In this document: piece by piece, positions 8,680 to 19,116 of the stretch
Position numbering within the stretch: the stretch's first letter is position 1
How the letters are laid out: the number at the start of each line of letters is the position of its first letter
From: a virus
Taxonomy: Duplodnaviria > Heunggongvirae > Uroviricota > Caudoviricetes
Direction: 5' to 3' (one strand)
Length of the DNA: 64,000 nt
Virus record (IMG/VR): IMGVR_UViG_3300030047_000010
The notes under the pieces: model-generated
Seen by the model: the letters and a program-made list of their open reading frames with translations, nothing else
Told to the model about the DNA's origin: nothing
Databases searched by the model: none
Program-made: the position numbers and the translations under genes

Positions 8680-11600
8680 TTATCCGCGAGCCTCTTCACT
8701 CTGTAGCTCTTCTAGGGATGCGATAGCGTAAGCACCTGTCCGAGGAACAAACATTAGAGTAGGCTCTGTAGTAGATGCCACACTCATGTGATACGCAGGA
8801 TACTGACGAGCGCCACGTTTGTAGAACTTGGTCTCCATGACAGGGAATGTAGATGCGTTGGCAAACAATCCCTTATCTTCAATCAAGGAGAAAGCCGCCT
8901 CAGCATCACCAGAGAAAGCGTGGATGATAGCGTTCACCTCAGCAGCAGCAGCCACCGGGTTTTCCTTGTAGTGGAGCAAATCTACCAGAGCAGAAGCAAA
9001 AGCGGCGTCGGCCTCCTCTTCCTCTGATGGCTCTTCATCCGTTTCAGCTTCAGCATCATCTGAAGACTTCTTAGCGTAATCAGCTAAATCAGCATCTAAG
9101 CGATCACGATCAGATGGTAGGGTATAGCCACCGTCATCACCATCAGCAGTGTCATTGAAGTTCTGGGGATCGAAAGTGTCTTCTTTAACGATAGTCTCAA
9201 AAGCATCAAAAATCTCATCAATGTTGCGAAGACTAGCAGAACGATCTTCTTGCTCAGACTTAGCTTTATCCAATGTCTTTGTTACTTCAGTGTCATCTAG
9301 AGTACCCGCCATACCATCAAGAATCAAAGCGTCACTGTACTCACACCGAAGACTTACCGAGTCATCCTCATTCTTACCTACTGTGTAGGTACGCAACCCT
9401 GTGCCAGATGTTACAAAGATCACGGTATCCTCGGGAACTTTTCCATCAGATATAGCATCAAACAGCTCCGTGAGTTTTGATGGGAGCTCAGCGTCCGCAT
9501 CTTCTGGCAGCACTGCACGGAATTTAAGGGCTGTGTTAATGTCAACCTTCTCTTCATCGCCATCAGACGTTTCAAGCGACTCAGGCTCTGCTGGTGTTGC
9601 CGGTGGTTCCGATGCAGCTTCATCCCCGTCAGCAGCTCCCTCAACGACATCATTAGGATCCTCAAGACTTTTGTCGGTGTCAGCAAAATCTGTATCCATG
9701 TCATTCAGTTCAAGGTCTGTTAGCGAGTCTGCCGTGTAGTCCTCATCAAACTCTTTAGCTGTAGCCTCATTCCCATATAAAGCCGTATTAAGAGCAGAGA
9801 GTAAACCCTCGTAGGCAGCCTCAGGAGATTCAAAGGCATCTCCTTGACCGTTATGATCTACAAGTTGACCATTAACAATGGAGGCTACTGGCTCAACAAA
9901 AGAACCGACTAGCTGCTTAAACTGCTTTGATATATTGTTCAAGCGAACATACCAGGAGTTACTATCAGGGTCTCTGTTGATTGAAATAACTGATGAATTA
10001 CCATTCCAATCATGGCCACCTGGCTGGTATATGTAATGATCCGCATTCTTATGATTCCACTTATTCAAAGGCAGCAGTTTAATCGGTGTCTTTTCTTCTG
10101 CAGCCTGTACAACCTTAGGCAAAATAGCGGCATTCTTTGGAAGTTTTACTTTAGGTGCTTCTTCTAAGGAATCTTTAATTTTGTCAGCAACAGTAGTTGC
10201 TCCAGAATCAGGTACTTCCGGTACATTAATCTCAGATGATAATTCTTTACCTGTCTTCGCCTTAGGGGTTTTATTCTCTATCTTGTTATAGGCCGATGTG
10301 TCCGTTCCCTTTTTCTCTGACTTTTTGCGGATCTCGGCCAGCTTCTTCTTGTAGGTCTCAACCTCAGTCTTAGATTCGGGCACTTTAACCTCCGTAGGCA
10401 ATTTAGGATGCTTAGTCTTATCCGCGGCTGTAGCTTCAGACTCTGTCTCAATAGCAGCGTCGGAGTTTGTGTTAGCTGCATGTTCAACATGCGTTGTGGC
10501 TTCAAGTAGATCGGCTACGATTTTATTTACTAGTTGAAGAGTATTCAAACGACCATACTCTGCAAGCCATTTCCACGTTCCTACAGATACATGTGTAACA
10601 TTTCCGACATCCTCCTCAAGTTCACCATCATAATAAGTAGTATCTAATACACCGGTGACCTCAAAACGAGGTCCCTTGTTCTTACCCAGGTTCAATTGAC
10701 CAATAGGTAACAAAGATATAGATGTCAATAGGCTAAGCTGAGGGTCACGTACATTTTGTACAGTAAATACAATAGCAGATTTATCAAGTTTAACACTAGC
10801 TGACGTATTACCAGATAATTTAGCTAGCTCTTTACGCACAGCGCTCAAGTTAGATTTCAACACCTGAAAGAAAGTAGCATAATTACCAACAGCATCATAA
10901 GGATGCTTCGGTGTTGTACTTTCTTGCAGATCAGGACTCAAGGAAAAGGAAGCTGCTGCTTTATATTCCTTAGACTTAGTATCCACATCCTCAACTTCAG
11001 GTTCATCCTCTAAAGGCTGCTCGGGAATAACAGGCTCGGGCTTAGGTTTCTCTATTGGAGCAGGAGCTTGGGCTACCTCAGGTGCCTCTATAGGCTGAGG
11101 TGGTTGTGCAATAGCAGCTTCATCTGGTGCCTCAGGTGCTCTATCATTTCTGCCGATACCTACAGAATTTACAGGAAGACGAACAAGCTTATTGTCATAG
11201 CGAGTTAGCGCTGCTGTCTTAGACAAGATATCGTCAATACGGCGAAGTAAATAGATTAAGAACCCACCAAAAGTGAGCTTGTCAAAAGGTGTGTATGGAA
11301 TAACTGCCAATATCCACCCGGCAACAGTAGCACCATCAGCAGATGCGTCCTTTTCTAGAACAATACGAAAAGCATCCTGATTGAAAACTACAGCAATGTC
11401 AACATAGGTACCACCAAAGATAATCTTTGGAATAGGGTTACCTACTAAATCAATAGATATATCATTGACATTATTTGTAGCTACCAAACCAAGAAAGCCG
11501 TTCTCACGCGGATGCATAAGAGAACGCAATTCCTGACGAAGAAATGATTTATAGCCATTTACATTACTCAAACTGTTAGCGATGTTCCTTAGATTAGAAC

Positions 11601-11685
11601 GAAGCAAAGCCGTGCCCTGAGTAAGGTCAATAGGTGTTAGCAGATTCTTACGGATATTACTTGGAATATTATTGAAGGTAGGCAT
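8680..11685 (-). CDS. large acidic hypothetical protein, possibly virion/inner head
   Basis: 1001-aa ORF, GAGGA RBS, D/E/P-rich low-complexity segments. Confidence 0.75.
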   Translation of the reverse strand: MPTFNNIPSNIRKNLLTPIDLTQGTALLRSNLRNIANSLSNVNGYKSFLRQELRSLMHPRENGFLGLVATNNVNDISIDLVGNPIPKIIFGGTYVDIAVVFNQDAFRIVLEKDASADGATVAGWILAVIPYTPFDKLTFGGFLIYLLRRIDDILSKTAALTRYDNKLVRLPVNSVGIGRNDRAPEAPDEAAIAQPPQPIEAPEVAQAPAPIEKPKPEPVIPEQPLEDEPEVEDVDTKSKEYKAAASFSLSPDLQESTTPKHPYDAVGNYATFFQVLKSNLSAVRKELAKLSGNTSASVKLDKSAIVFTVQNVRDPQLSLLTSISLLPIGQLNLGKNKGPRFEVTGVLDTTYYDGELEEDVGNVTHVSVGTWKWLAEYGRLNTLQLVNKIVADLLEATTHVEHAANTNSDAAIETESEATAADKTKHPKLPTEVKVPESKTEVETYKKKLAEIRKKSEKKGTDTSAYNKIENKTPKAKTGKELSSEINVPEVPDSGATTVADKIKDSLEEAPKVKLPKNAAILPKVVQAAEEKTPIKLLPLNKWNHKNADHYIYQPGGHDWNGNSSVISINRDPDSNSWYVRLNNISKQFKQLVGSFVEPVASIVNGQLVDHNGQGDAFESPEAAYEGLLSALNTALYGNEATAKEFDEDYTADSLTDLELNDMDTDFADTDKSLEDPNDVVEGAADGDEAASEPPATPAEPESLETSDGDEEKVDINTALKFRAVLPEDADAELPSKLTELFDAISDGKVPEDTVIFVTSGTGLRTYTVGKNEDDSVSLRCEYSDALILDGMAGTLDDTEVTKTLDKAKSEQEDRSASLRNIDEIFDAFETIVKEDTFDPQNFNDTADGDDGGYTLPSDRDRLDADLADYAKKSSDDAEAETDEEPSEEEEADAAFASALVDLLHYKENPVAAAAEVNAIIHAFSGDAEAAFSLIEDKGLFANASTFPVMETKFYKRGARQYPAYHMSVASTTEPTLMFVPRTGAYAIASLEELQSEEARG

Positions 11686-11694
11686 CGTTTCCTC

Positions 11695-13143
11695 TTATAG
11701 TGTGTATTCACTGGTGATCTTAGAAGACACCGTGCGGAGCAGATAGATGAGAACAGCGGCACAAGACAAGCGGGAACAACGCTCTTCCCATGTCCATCGG
11801 CCAACAGGATAAGACTTTTTATTCACAGACCGAGCGATGTTAACAGCATCTTTAGTAAAGACCATAGCATAGGCTACTGCACTGTTACCTACCATAACTA
11901 TAGGTGTTTGTGCATTTCCGTTTAAGGCAATAGCGAACCCATGAAGACTGGGCAGCTTCTCATCCCGCTGGGATTCAATCCACTTACGTGCCTGTGTAGT
12001 AATCTCATTATTGCTGCAAATGATGCCCATGAACTTCAAGAGATCTTGATAGTTCTTAGGACGAACCCCACCGAGTTCAACAAAGGTTTTAGGCTTAGAA
12101 AGTCCTACTTTTTCAAAGAATTCCCACTTACCAATAACAGTATGAGCTGCGTTAGCTTCACTATCATCAGTAAGAGTAAACTCATATGTATCTGGTTGGG
12201 CATGCCCTGGAGCTTCTGTCTCGGCAATCAAGCTATCCTTGGTGTCACCCTCGCGAAAACGCAGGATTTTGTCACCTTGAGAGAAATATGTATCTATTAG
12301 ATCTTGAGCTTTATTGCCTGTAATGATATCAACTTTAGATTTATTCTGTGGAACATTACCTAATGTAACAGTAGCGGTTAACTTGAGTTCAGAATCATCG
12401 CCAAATATACCAGAAATCAATTCATTTAGATTTTGAAGAAAAGACTCATAGGCATCTTCATAATCTAAAATATCTGGCTCGTCCGAGCTATCCGTGCCAT
12501 CAGCAGAAGCTTTACGGATCTTAGCAGGATCCCACTCAAGCGTCCAATTGTCGTCTTCTGCTACTGTGGCTGTTGCATTGTTAGTCGTCACGGTGTTGTT
12601 CCCTTGATTTTGTGTTGTAGCAAGCATCGCTGCCAGCTTTGGCTTTAGTGTAGTCACTATCTTAGACACAATGTTTCCAAGTGTCTGCTCCCAAAAGGAA
12701 GTATTCCCCGGATCAAACGGAAGTTGAAACTTCTGCTGAGTGCTTACGGGGGCTTTATTTACTATAAGAGCAAGACTAACTTTGTTCTGGTTTAATACAC
12801 AAGGAACAATAACAAGTACATCCAGAGTTCCTTCTTTAGTACCGATCCTGAATGAGAAGTAACCAGATCCTTGTTGCTTTGGCTTCATCCCTATAGCTAC
12901 AAGATGTACTTTATTTGTCATAGCAGCTAACTGCCGATTAAGCTCAACTATGAAAGGAGCCTGTTCCTGGTTAACTGCAATGTCATGCTCTATTGTATCA
13001 AAAGCATTATTATTTTTTAAGGCAGCATCTAAGGAATTAGGGTCAGAAACTACGTCGGCTGTAACAGCAATACCGTCACAAAGTACAGATAAATGTGAAT
13101 CTGCAATGGCTTCAAATATCTGGTGCTTAACGGAATGTGCCAC
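11695..13143 (-). CDS. hypothetical protein
   Basis: 482-aa ORF, GAGGAG RBS. Confidence 0.7.
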   Translation of the reverse strand: MAHSVKHQIFEAIADSHLSVLCDGIAVTADVVSDPNSLDAALKNNNAFDTIEHDIAVNQEQAPFIVELNRQLAAMTNKVHLVAIGMKPKQQGSGYFSFRIGTKEGTLDVLVIVPCVLNQNKVSLALIVNKAPVSTQQKFQLPFDPGNTSFWEQTLGNIVSKIVTTLKPKLAAMLATTQNQGNNTVTTNNATATVAEDDNWTLEWDPAKIRKASADGTDSSDEPDILDYEDAYESFLQNLNELISGIFGDDSELKLTATVTLGNVPQNKSKVDIITGNKAQDLIDTYFSQGDKILRFREGDTKDSLIAETEAPGHAQPDTYEFTLTDDSEANAAHTVIGKWEFFEKVGLSKPKTFVELGGVRPKNYQDLLKFMGIICSNNEITTQARKWIESQRDEKLPSLHGFAIALNGNAQTPIVMVGNSAVAYAMVFTKDAVNIARSVNKKSYPVGRWTWEERCSRLSCAAVLIYLLRTVSSKITSEYTL

Positions 13144-13208
13144 TTTTTAACTCCTCAGTACACCTAAGTCGTTCTTAAGTTGTGTACTGTAGAGAAGTTC
13201 TTGCAGAT

Positions 13209-14420
13209 TTATAGGACTGGTTGTATACCTAATTGCTGCATCTGATCAATAAGAGCGTGACGAATAGTAACAAATATAGCCGTAAATACTTGCGCAGGTG
13301 CCGCTTCCCAGATACTTTGTTTCATGTCACGTGTGAATACATTATGTCGATTAGAGCCTTCCATGAGGTCTAGTTTTATCTCACCACGAGCAGATGCAAT
13401 CACAAGAAACGAAATATCAGTCTCAGGTACACAGAACTCTAACTCAATACTGCCATATAGTTGACCTGGGACTTTGAGTTTTAGATTCTTAGGTAACTTA
13501 GCTGTAATGCGACCTTCCATAATAGGTCGGACAATAGCAACATTACGAGCAGATAGCGGGCCAGCGATTAAATTGTATTTATCATAAGCAGTCGATTGTC
13601 CTATCTCAGAGGAAAATGACTCAGCAATATAATAAACAGAACCCTGAGCAAAAATAGTTACTTTACGCTCACGAGGAACAAAGACACTTTCTTCCTCTGA
13701 GGACTGTACCACATGCGGTGGGGTTACAGTCTCACCGTTCTTCCAGAGTTCCGCCAAGCGGCTTACAAGAGCATTCTTAACAGGATCCTTACCAGGTTTA
13801 GGTGTAGAGAACCCGTGTCCAATAGGTGAACCCTTCGCTAAAAGAGGATCCGTAGACTTAGTTAACTTATACTCGCGATGATCGAATTTCTGAGTAAGCA
13901 GATCAGTAATGTGTGTTAACTGCTCTTCTGAGGGGTGCTCAGCAACAGACCAGTAGATTCGGTTACCTTTGTCTCGCATCAAGAGTATTGTATACTCGGG
14001 TACCTTCTCTAGATCCATTGCTAGATCACTCTTGTCAACAACAAAGTTTTTACCGTAAACAGAGTTTAATAGGGATGCAATCTTATGGAACGACGATCCA
14101 TGCCCATCACGATAGCGCTCATGGATGGAGAAAGTCTTAGGATCCTTCTCATAAGCGGATAGCTCATTTGTGAGATAGTCACAGTGGTGACACAATTCAT
14201 GGGCTACGACTCTACGAAGAGTATCTTTATCTGCAAAGATACTCTTTTGAACAAAAATAGTAGTATTACGTTCACCGGGCATCCATTCACACTTACCCAG
14301 CCAAGCCGAGTGGTAATCACTCTTCAGCTCAAATTTAGGCATGGGCAAATGCCCAGGCAGCTTAGATAAGAACTCATGCGATACTTGCTCTAGTGTATGT
14401 TCATTAGGAATGATATTCAT
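13209..14420 (-). CDS. SprT-like zinc metalloprotease domain protein
   Basis: AHELCHH (HExxH) followed by HGSSFHKIA, the SprT-type HG..F motif. Confidence 0.75.
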   Translation of the reverse strand: MNIIPNEHTLEQVSHEFLSKLPGHLPMPKFELKSDYHSAWLGKCEWMPGERNTTIFVQKSIFADKDTLRRVVAHELCHHCDYLTNELSAYEKDPKTFSIHERYRDGHGSSFHKIASLLNSVYGKNFVVDKSDLAMDLEKVPEYTILLMRDKGNRIYWSVAEHPSEEQLTHITDLLTQKFDHREYKLTKSTDPLLAKGSPIGHGFSTPKPGKDPVKNALVSRLAELWKNGETVTPPHVVQSSEEESVFVPRERKVTIFAQGSVYYIAESFSSEIGQSTAYDKYNLIAGPLSARNVAIVRPIMEGRITAKLPKNLKLKVPGQLYGSIELEFCVPETDISFLVIASARGEIKLDLMEGSNRHNVFTRDMKQSIWEAAPAQVFTAIFVTIRHALIDQMQQLGIQPVL

Positions 14421-14448
14421 TATGTCCTCAATAAGAATTAGTATCCAA

Positions 14449-15522
14449 TTACCACGTCATATTAGGTAATTCTTGCTTAATAAGAGCTAGATTTTTATGA
14501 GCTATTTTCCATAGCTGTTCAGTTTTCGGCTTGCTCTCATGAAAAACAGATAAAGGCAACTTAGATCTGTAGAGCTTTACCAAATAATTGTATAAGGACT
14601 TGCTATAATTAGCCATCCAATCTTGAATAGCTTCCTGCTCTTTTGAATTTATAGCTTTACCCGAATAGGCACTTGCGGTAATCTTCAACAGCACTTGTGT
14701 TAAAGATATATCCAATGTAGGTCTAGGTATTTCTGTATCCCCAATTAAGGATACACCACCTTTATGAAAAGGCGTGAGTAACCCATAAAGCCAAGAGGAA
14801 AAAACAGCAGCCCCAGAACCAAATATCTCAGTTAAGATCCGTAGAGAGTTAGCTCTGTGCTCAGGCTCACCTTGGGTACCTATCGACTGAGCAACTAAAG
14901 CATGAATAACATCCTCAGCCGAGTGGCCTATTTCGGTGACACGCGCTCTAATCTCTGACGGGTCTTTATAATAGACCTCATGATCCTTGCTATAATCTGG
15001 ATGTGGATCACGCATAGACCAGTGGTTAGTTACAGAGTCAGCAGCATGCCGAACTTCATGACTCAGGACACTCTCCAAGTATGAGGACCTATGCACAGCT
15101 TCTTGGTAGGGTAAAGCTATGATCCCTGTAGTCCCAAATTTGGGTATCGCATCTAATGCTATCCTACGGAATAAAGCTTCGTACTCTTTATCGTAAGCTA
15201 ACGTTATAGGCCCCTCTGTAAATACCAAAGATATGTTACAAAGTAATTTATATAATGTATCTACCGCCTCAGGGCTTTCGTACTTAGGGAGTATTCTATC
15301 AAGCTGCTTAGGATCTGACCCTTTTGGATTTTTATTCAGCCTAAATATATACCAGAGAGGAACCGTAAACAGAGGATTAGATGGACACTGTGGATCAGAT
15401 GTTGAATGTCCCTTAATAATATAAGGAGTTTTTGACTCATGATGACTAGCCCACTCAATAATATGATCGCGAACAAACCGAATAGCACGGCTAACATCGT
15501 ATTCAGCTTGATCTGAAATCAC
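14449..15522 (-). CDS. zincin-like metallopeptidase
   Basis: LSHEVRHAAD (HExxH) plus downstream YYKDPSEIRAR (third-ligand Glu). Confidence 0.65.
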   Translation of the reverse strand: MISDQAEYDVSRAIRFVRDHIIEWASHHESKTPYIIKGHSTSDPQCPSNPLFTVPLWYIFRLNKNPKGSDPKQLDRILPKYESPEAVDTLYKLLCNISLVFTEGPITLAYDKEYEALFRRIALDAIPKFGTTGIIALPYQEAVHRSSYLESVLSHEVRHAADSVTNHWSMRDPHPDYSKDHEVYYKDPSEIRARVTEIGHSAEDVIHALVAQSIGTQGEPEHRANSLRILTEIFGSGAAVFSSWLYGLLTPFHKGGVSLIGDTEIPRPTLDISLTQVLLKITASAYSGKAINSKEQEAIQDWMANYSKSLYNYLVKLYRSKLPLSVFHESKPKTEQLWKIAHKNLALIKQELPNMTW

Positions 15523-16292
15523 TCTTCGGGTTCCTTCGTACCTTTAGGAAGCCCAAGAGCTACAATTTCGGTAGGCTTTCCATCATCCAAAGTAACAATA
15601 TGGGTATAACCCTCAGCCAGGAGCTTCTTTGTGAGCTCGGTACCTGTAGCACGATAAACGTCAGCAAGAACATGCTTCCAACTATCTGTATCACCATCAG
15701 AGTCGGAGCCCCAGTCAAGGACCAAAGGATTCTTGATCTCCATCTTTCCTGCACTCCACCCCTCAGGAACAGGAGCACCAGCATCACGTTCTAGCACATA
15801 AAAGCCAGAAGGCTCTACATCCTTTCCGAACCTTGAACCACCATAGGTGGAAGATGTATCGTTATGAATGTATTCAACAGTCACAGGCTTGCCTGTCTCA
15901 AAACGATCATTTTTTGCTAGATGATCATCAAGACCTTCTGAACCAGCCACAACAATAGCCGGGGTACCAGCACTTGCTAGAACAGATACAGCAGCAGCAG
16001 TAGCAACGGCGGCTTCCGCTTTTGCGTGCTTTTTCTTACCCTGACGAACAAATGTCTTGGCTAAGTTTATCTGTTTGATCCTGTGCGCATTTCCAGACTT
16101 CTCAGCCGACACATGCATTCTATCCAAAAGGGAAATTGAAAACTTCTCACCCTTCTCAAGACCAAAGTCTTTTTCAGCCCATTTACGCAAGCTACCGGGA
16201 TGCTTGACAGCCCCCTGCTCCCATTTTGGGTCTTTAGACTTTTTAGACTTTTTGCCTGAAGCAGTTACTTCATTAGGGTAAATCGTTATCAT
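15519..16292 (-). CDS. two-module protein: basic N-terminal domain plus ART-like C-terminal domain
   Basis: Start reassigned to ATG 16292 (GGAGG RBS); KWEQGAVKHPGSL basic module, then RFGKDVEPSGFY...KNPLVLDW...GYTHIVT resembling ART-like polyvalent domains. Confidence 0.45.
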   Translation of the reverse strand: MITIYPNEVTASGKKSKKSKDPKWEQGAVKHPGSLRKWAEKDFGLEKGEKFSISLLDRMHVSAEKSGNAHRIKQINLAKTFVRQGKKKHAKAEAAVATAAAVSVLASAGTPAIVVAGSEGLDDHLAKNDRFETGKPVTVEYIHNDTSSTYGGSRFGKDVEPSGFYVLERDAGAPVPEGWSAGKMEIKNPLVLDWGSDSDGDTDSWKHVLADVYRATGTELTKKLLAEGYTHIVTLDDGKPTEIVALGLPKGTKEPEE

Positions 16293-16366
16293 GCTAGCCT
16301 CCACGCAACGGTTAACTTGCGCATAAAGAAGTTGTTTATGAGAGGCAGACACTAAACATAGGATGT

Positions 16367-17389
16367 ATGATGTACTTCAGTGAAATCTTACCCAAACTAA
16401 ACAACGGCGAACTGTACCGTAGAGCCTCTTGGCCAAGAAATGACTTCATCTACTCTGTTCCAGGATCTACTTTCCCTGTCAACCGTAATCCGTTGTTGGG
16501 TATTTTTACAGAAGGTACTCAGATAAGCTATGCACCGCATATTGATTACTTGCATGTTGAAACAAATACAGCATCTGTCTGGACACCGACGCAAGAAGAT
16601 ATATTTGGACTGGATTGGACCAAAACATTCCTAGGAGGACAGACAGCGCTGCCGTTAGAAAAAGATAAAGCAGAACCAACAGTAATGCCTACATGGGAAA
16701 CAGGTACCGTATGGACACCCAACTATTCCGATTTGATCAGTACGGAAGAGCGAGATCGTGCTCGTACTGAAGCGGTCACAGGTTTGAAATGGTTGCACAA
16801 AAAGTGCTTTGCTGATCGTAACCCAGCATTAGCCGCTTTTCTATATGCTTTTGAGCATAATATGACAAGCTATAAGTCTAGAGTATTACAAGATGAGCAA
16901 TTCAGTAAAAGTCTCATCCCTGAGGTAACAAAGCACGCACTCTTTAGCCGTAATACCATAACCAAAAGCTTGCTGCTAAAAGTACCAAGTAACGTAGTTG
17001 ATGATCGTGAGGGCTCAATCAACTTATTTATATCCGGTTCCTTTAGCCTACTTTCGGGACTTGATCCAATTGACCAAAAATTCCTTCAAGCTGTTTTTGT
17101 GCGAACCTATGCGCTTACGTACTCACGCATAACAGCACATCTAGAGAAACTGCTTAACATCCGTATCCGAGCAGACAAATACCCGGAACCAACTAAGCCA
17201 GAAGAAGTCAAGTTAGAAGAACAAGATGCTATTGCAGAAACATCACCGTTCAAAGTAAATGTTGATGATTTCATTGAGCCTGTTGCAGGCGCACATCGGC
17301 CAGTAACATTGGATAACTGGAAAACCGCCGCACGCATAGTCAAGGATGAACTAGTCCAATTACACCAAGATCTCACGGTAGATGATTAA
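16367..17389 (+). CDS. DUF2829/Tad2-like domain protein with long C-terminal extension
   Basis: First ~85 aa (RRASW...PGSTFPVNRNPLLGIFTEGTQISYAPHID...WTPTQEDIFGLDW) match the DUF2829 pattern. Confidence 0.75.
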   Translation: MMYFSEILPKLNNGELYRRASWPRNDFIYSVPGSTFPVNRNPLLGIFTEGTQISYAPHIDYLHVETNTASVWTPTQEDIFGLDWTKTFLGGQTALPLEKDKAEPTVMPTWETGTVWTPNYSDLISTEERDRARTEAVTGLKWLHKKCFADRNPALAAFLYAFEHNMTSYKSRVLQDEQFSKSLIPEVTKHALFSRNTITKSLLLKVPSNVVDDREGSINLFISGSFSLLSGLDPIDQKFLQAVFVRTYALTYSRITAHLEKLLNIRIRADKYPEPTKPEEVKLEEQDAIAETSPFKVNVDDFIEPVAGAHRPVTLDNWKTAARIVKDELVQLHQDLTVDD

Positions 17390-17437
17390 ACTACGATTCA
17401 AACCGTAGGCTCCCATAACGATTACTTACTAAACTAG

Positions 17438-17472
17438 AAAACGCCGAGACCTTTTATAGATCTCGGCGTTTT
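17438..17472. terminator. bidirectional terminator
   Basis: 12-bp inverted repeat AAAACGCCGAGA/TCTCGGCGTTTT between convergent genes. Confidence 0.8.
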
Positions 17473-17486
17473 GTTATTAATCAATC

Positions 17487-18047
17487 TTACGCCTGAGCAG
17501 GAAACTTAACGCAGTTTTCTGGAGGAGCAACCTGCACGCCAACGCCGCGAAGGCTAACATAGCTGCGTTCCACGTCTTCCAGAGTAGAGAACCACTTGAT
17601 CTTGGGAACGCGAGACATGTGACTCGTAGCCGTAACCAACCAAGACTTATACCCAGGCTTGAACCTATACTGAAGCTGAAAATGCATCCCACGAGACTCA
17701 ACTTCCCAGATATTCTCGGAGATCTGCTTTACGGAATCAGCCAGCACAGACGCCTTCTTAGGCGCGGACTGCTCTACAACATTCTGCTCAGCACGAGCAC
17801 GAGCAGCCGTATACAACGGATGATCAGCAAACAGGGTCACACGGCCAGTATCAAAATAGTCCGTCATGATGTCGGTATCATTCTTGTAGTTATCCGGGAA
17901 TAACTTACCCAAATCCTGCCCGTAGTCCTTCTCGTACAGAGTAACACAGGGGCGCTTGTCACCACGATTGTCCAAGGAGTAGTACACCTTCACGCGGTTG
18001 GTTCCATCGGTGACAAAGAACTTCATAAACTTGATCGTCGTAGCCAT
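17487..18047 (-). CDS. hypothetical early protein
   Basis: 186-aa ORF behind a sigma70-type promoter and AAGGAG RBS. Confidence 0.65.
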   Translation of the reverse strand: MATTIKFMKFFVTDGTNRVKVYYSLDNRGDKRPCVTLYEKDYGQDLGKLFPDNYKNDTDIMTDYFDTGRVTLFADHPLYTAARARAEQNVVEQSAPKKASVLADSVKQISENIWEVESRGMHFQLQYRFKPGYKSWLVTATSHMSRVPKIKWFSTLEDVERSYVSLRGVGVQVAPPENCVKFPAQA

Positions 18048-18107
18048 TTGAGAACTCCTTGTTGGGGTGACAAGAACAAATATACATTAATTTTGTATCT
18101 TTGTCAA
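18048..18107 (-). promoter_or_regulatory. early promoter plus RBS module, copy 1
   Basis: TTGACA-N17-TATATT and AAGGAG; 59-bp near-identical copy at 19058-19116. Confidence 0.85.
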
Positions 18108-18159
18108 TAGATAGCATACAAAAAAGCACACCTAGTAACAAGTGTGCCTTCCATGCGCT

Positions 18160-18909
18160 CTATTCTTCAGGTGTACTGTTACAGACTAACCGTAACTCCT
18201 GAGGATGATCCGTCGGATACACAGACAGACTATATTCTTTACTTATGCGCCTAAGTTGTTGAAGCAGTACCTTACGCCACGCAGATGGAAGCTCCTGGTA
18301 TATATCTGCCAGAGATCTAGCTGGTATAGGACGAAAATTAAGTGTGACCGAAGCATCCGCTAGATTACAATAGGGCCGAGGACAGGAATCAGTCAAAGAA
18401 AACACAAGATCTGTTAGACTTGGTTTAGGTACAGACCTAAGGATAGCATCAATTTCACGCTTGTACCTATTAACAAGGCAAACAGCCACGCACACAGAAT
18501 CATTGTCTGTCACAGGTGGGGATGTTTTGCCTAAATCTGTTTTTATTAGGCACCCACGGCGTATGTTAGTAAGTTCAAACTTCCAAACATCACATGTTGC
18601 TGCCGGTAGATTACCGAAAACACCATAGAGAACTGTCAAAATTTGCTGGTTAAGATCTTCGTACTCTGGAGAGTACATCAGCACAGCATCTGAAAATGCT
18701 ATGTAAGCAGATTCACCGGGTGCTCGCTCAATAAACTCAGACGGTTTAGAATTTAACAAATCATAGATGTTAGCAATAAGTTCAGGCCATTCAAACATAG
18801 CTAGTTCCTTTTTACTATGAGGCACATGCTTCATATGGGAACTATTTACACGCAGACTTATCCAATAACATCGGATAGTTGGTGAAATTCTATCTTCTTC
18901 CGCTCGCAA
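18160..18909 (-). CDS. hypothetical protein (true start probably downstream of the annotated one)
   Basis: 249-aa ORF. Confidence 0.55.
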   Translation of the reverse strand: MRAEEDRISPTIRCYWISLRVNSSHMKHVPHSKKELAMFEWPELIANIYDLLNSKPSEFIERAPGESAYIAFSDAVLMYSPEYEDLNQQILTVLYGVFGNLPAATCDVWKFELTNIRRGCLIKTDLGKTSPPVTDNDSVCVAVCLVNRYKREIDAILRSVPKPSLTDLVFSLTDSCPRPYCNLADASVTLNFRPIPARSLADIYQELPSAWRKVLLQQLRRISKEYSLSVYPTDHPQELRLVCNSTPEE

Positions 18910-19058
18910 ATGTCGGTAAGTACAATAGCCTGGTTCCAGTTACGTTTTGACCCAGGAAGACCACGCTGCTTTTCGCACTCAATGTACAGATCCTGCAAAG
19001 CCGGCAACACCACCGACATATATGCGTTAATGAGAGTTTCTTGCTTACTTTGAGACAT
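18858..19058 (-). CDS. small hypothetical early protein
   Basis: ATG 19058 (MSQSKQ...) directly behind promoter/RBS module copy 2. Confidence 0.6.
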   Translation of the reverse strand: MSQSKQETLINAYMSVVLPALQDLYIECEKQRGLPGSKRNWNQAIVLTDICERKKIEFHQLSDVIG

Positions 19059-19116
19059 TGAGAACTCCTTGTTGAGGTGACAAGAACAAATATACATTAA
19101 TTTTGTATGTTTGTCA
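19058..19116 (-). promoter_or_regulatory. early promoter plus RBS module, copy 2
   Basis: CTGACA-N17-TATATT; 2 mismatches versus 18048-18106. Confidence 0.8.

Noticed and set aside
8788-9739. Plus-strand ORFs antisense to the 1001-aa gene (and similar shadows at 46126-48393 and 55310-56303)
   Set aside because: They are Ser/Arg-rich shadows of real genes on the opposite strand, with no RBS or domain motifs.
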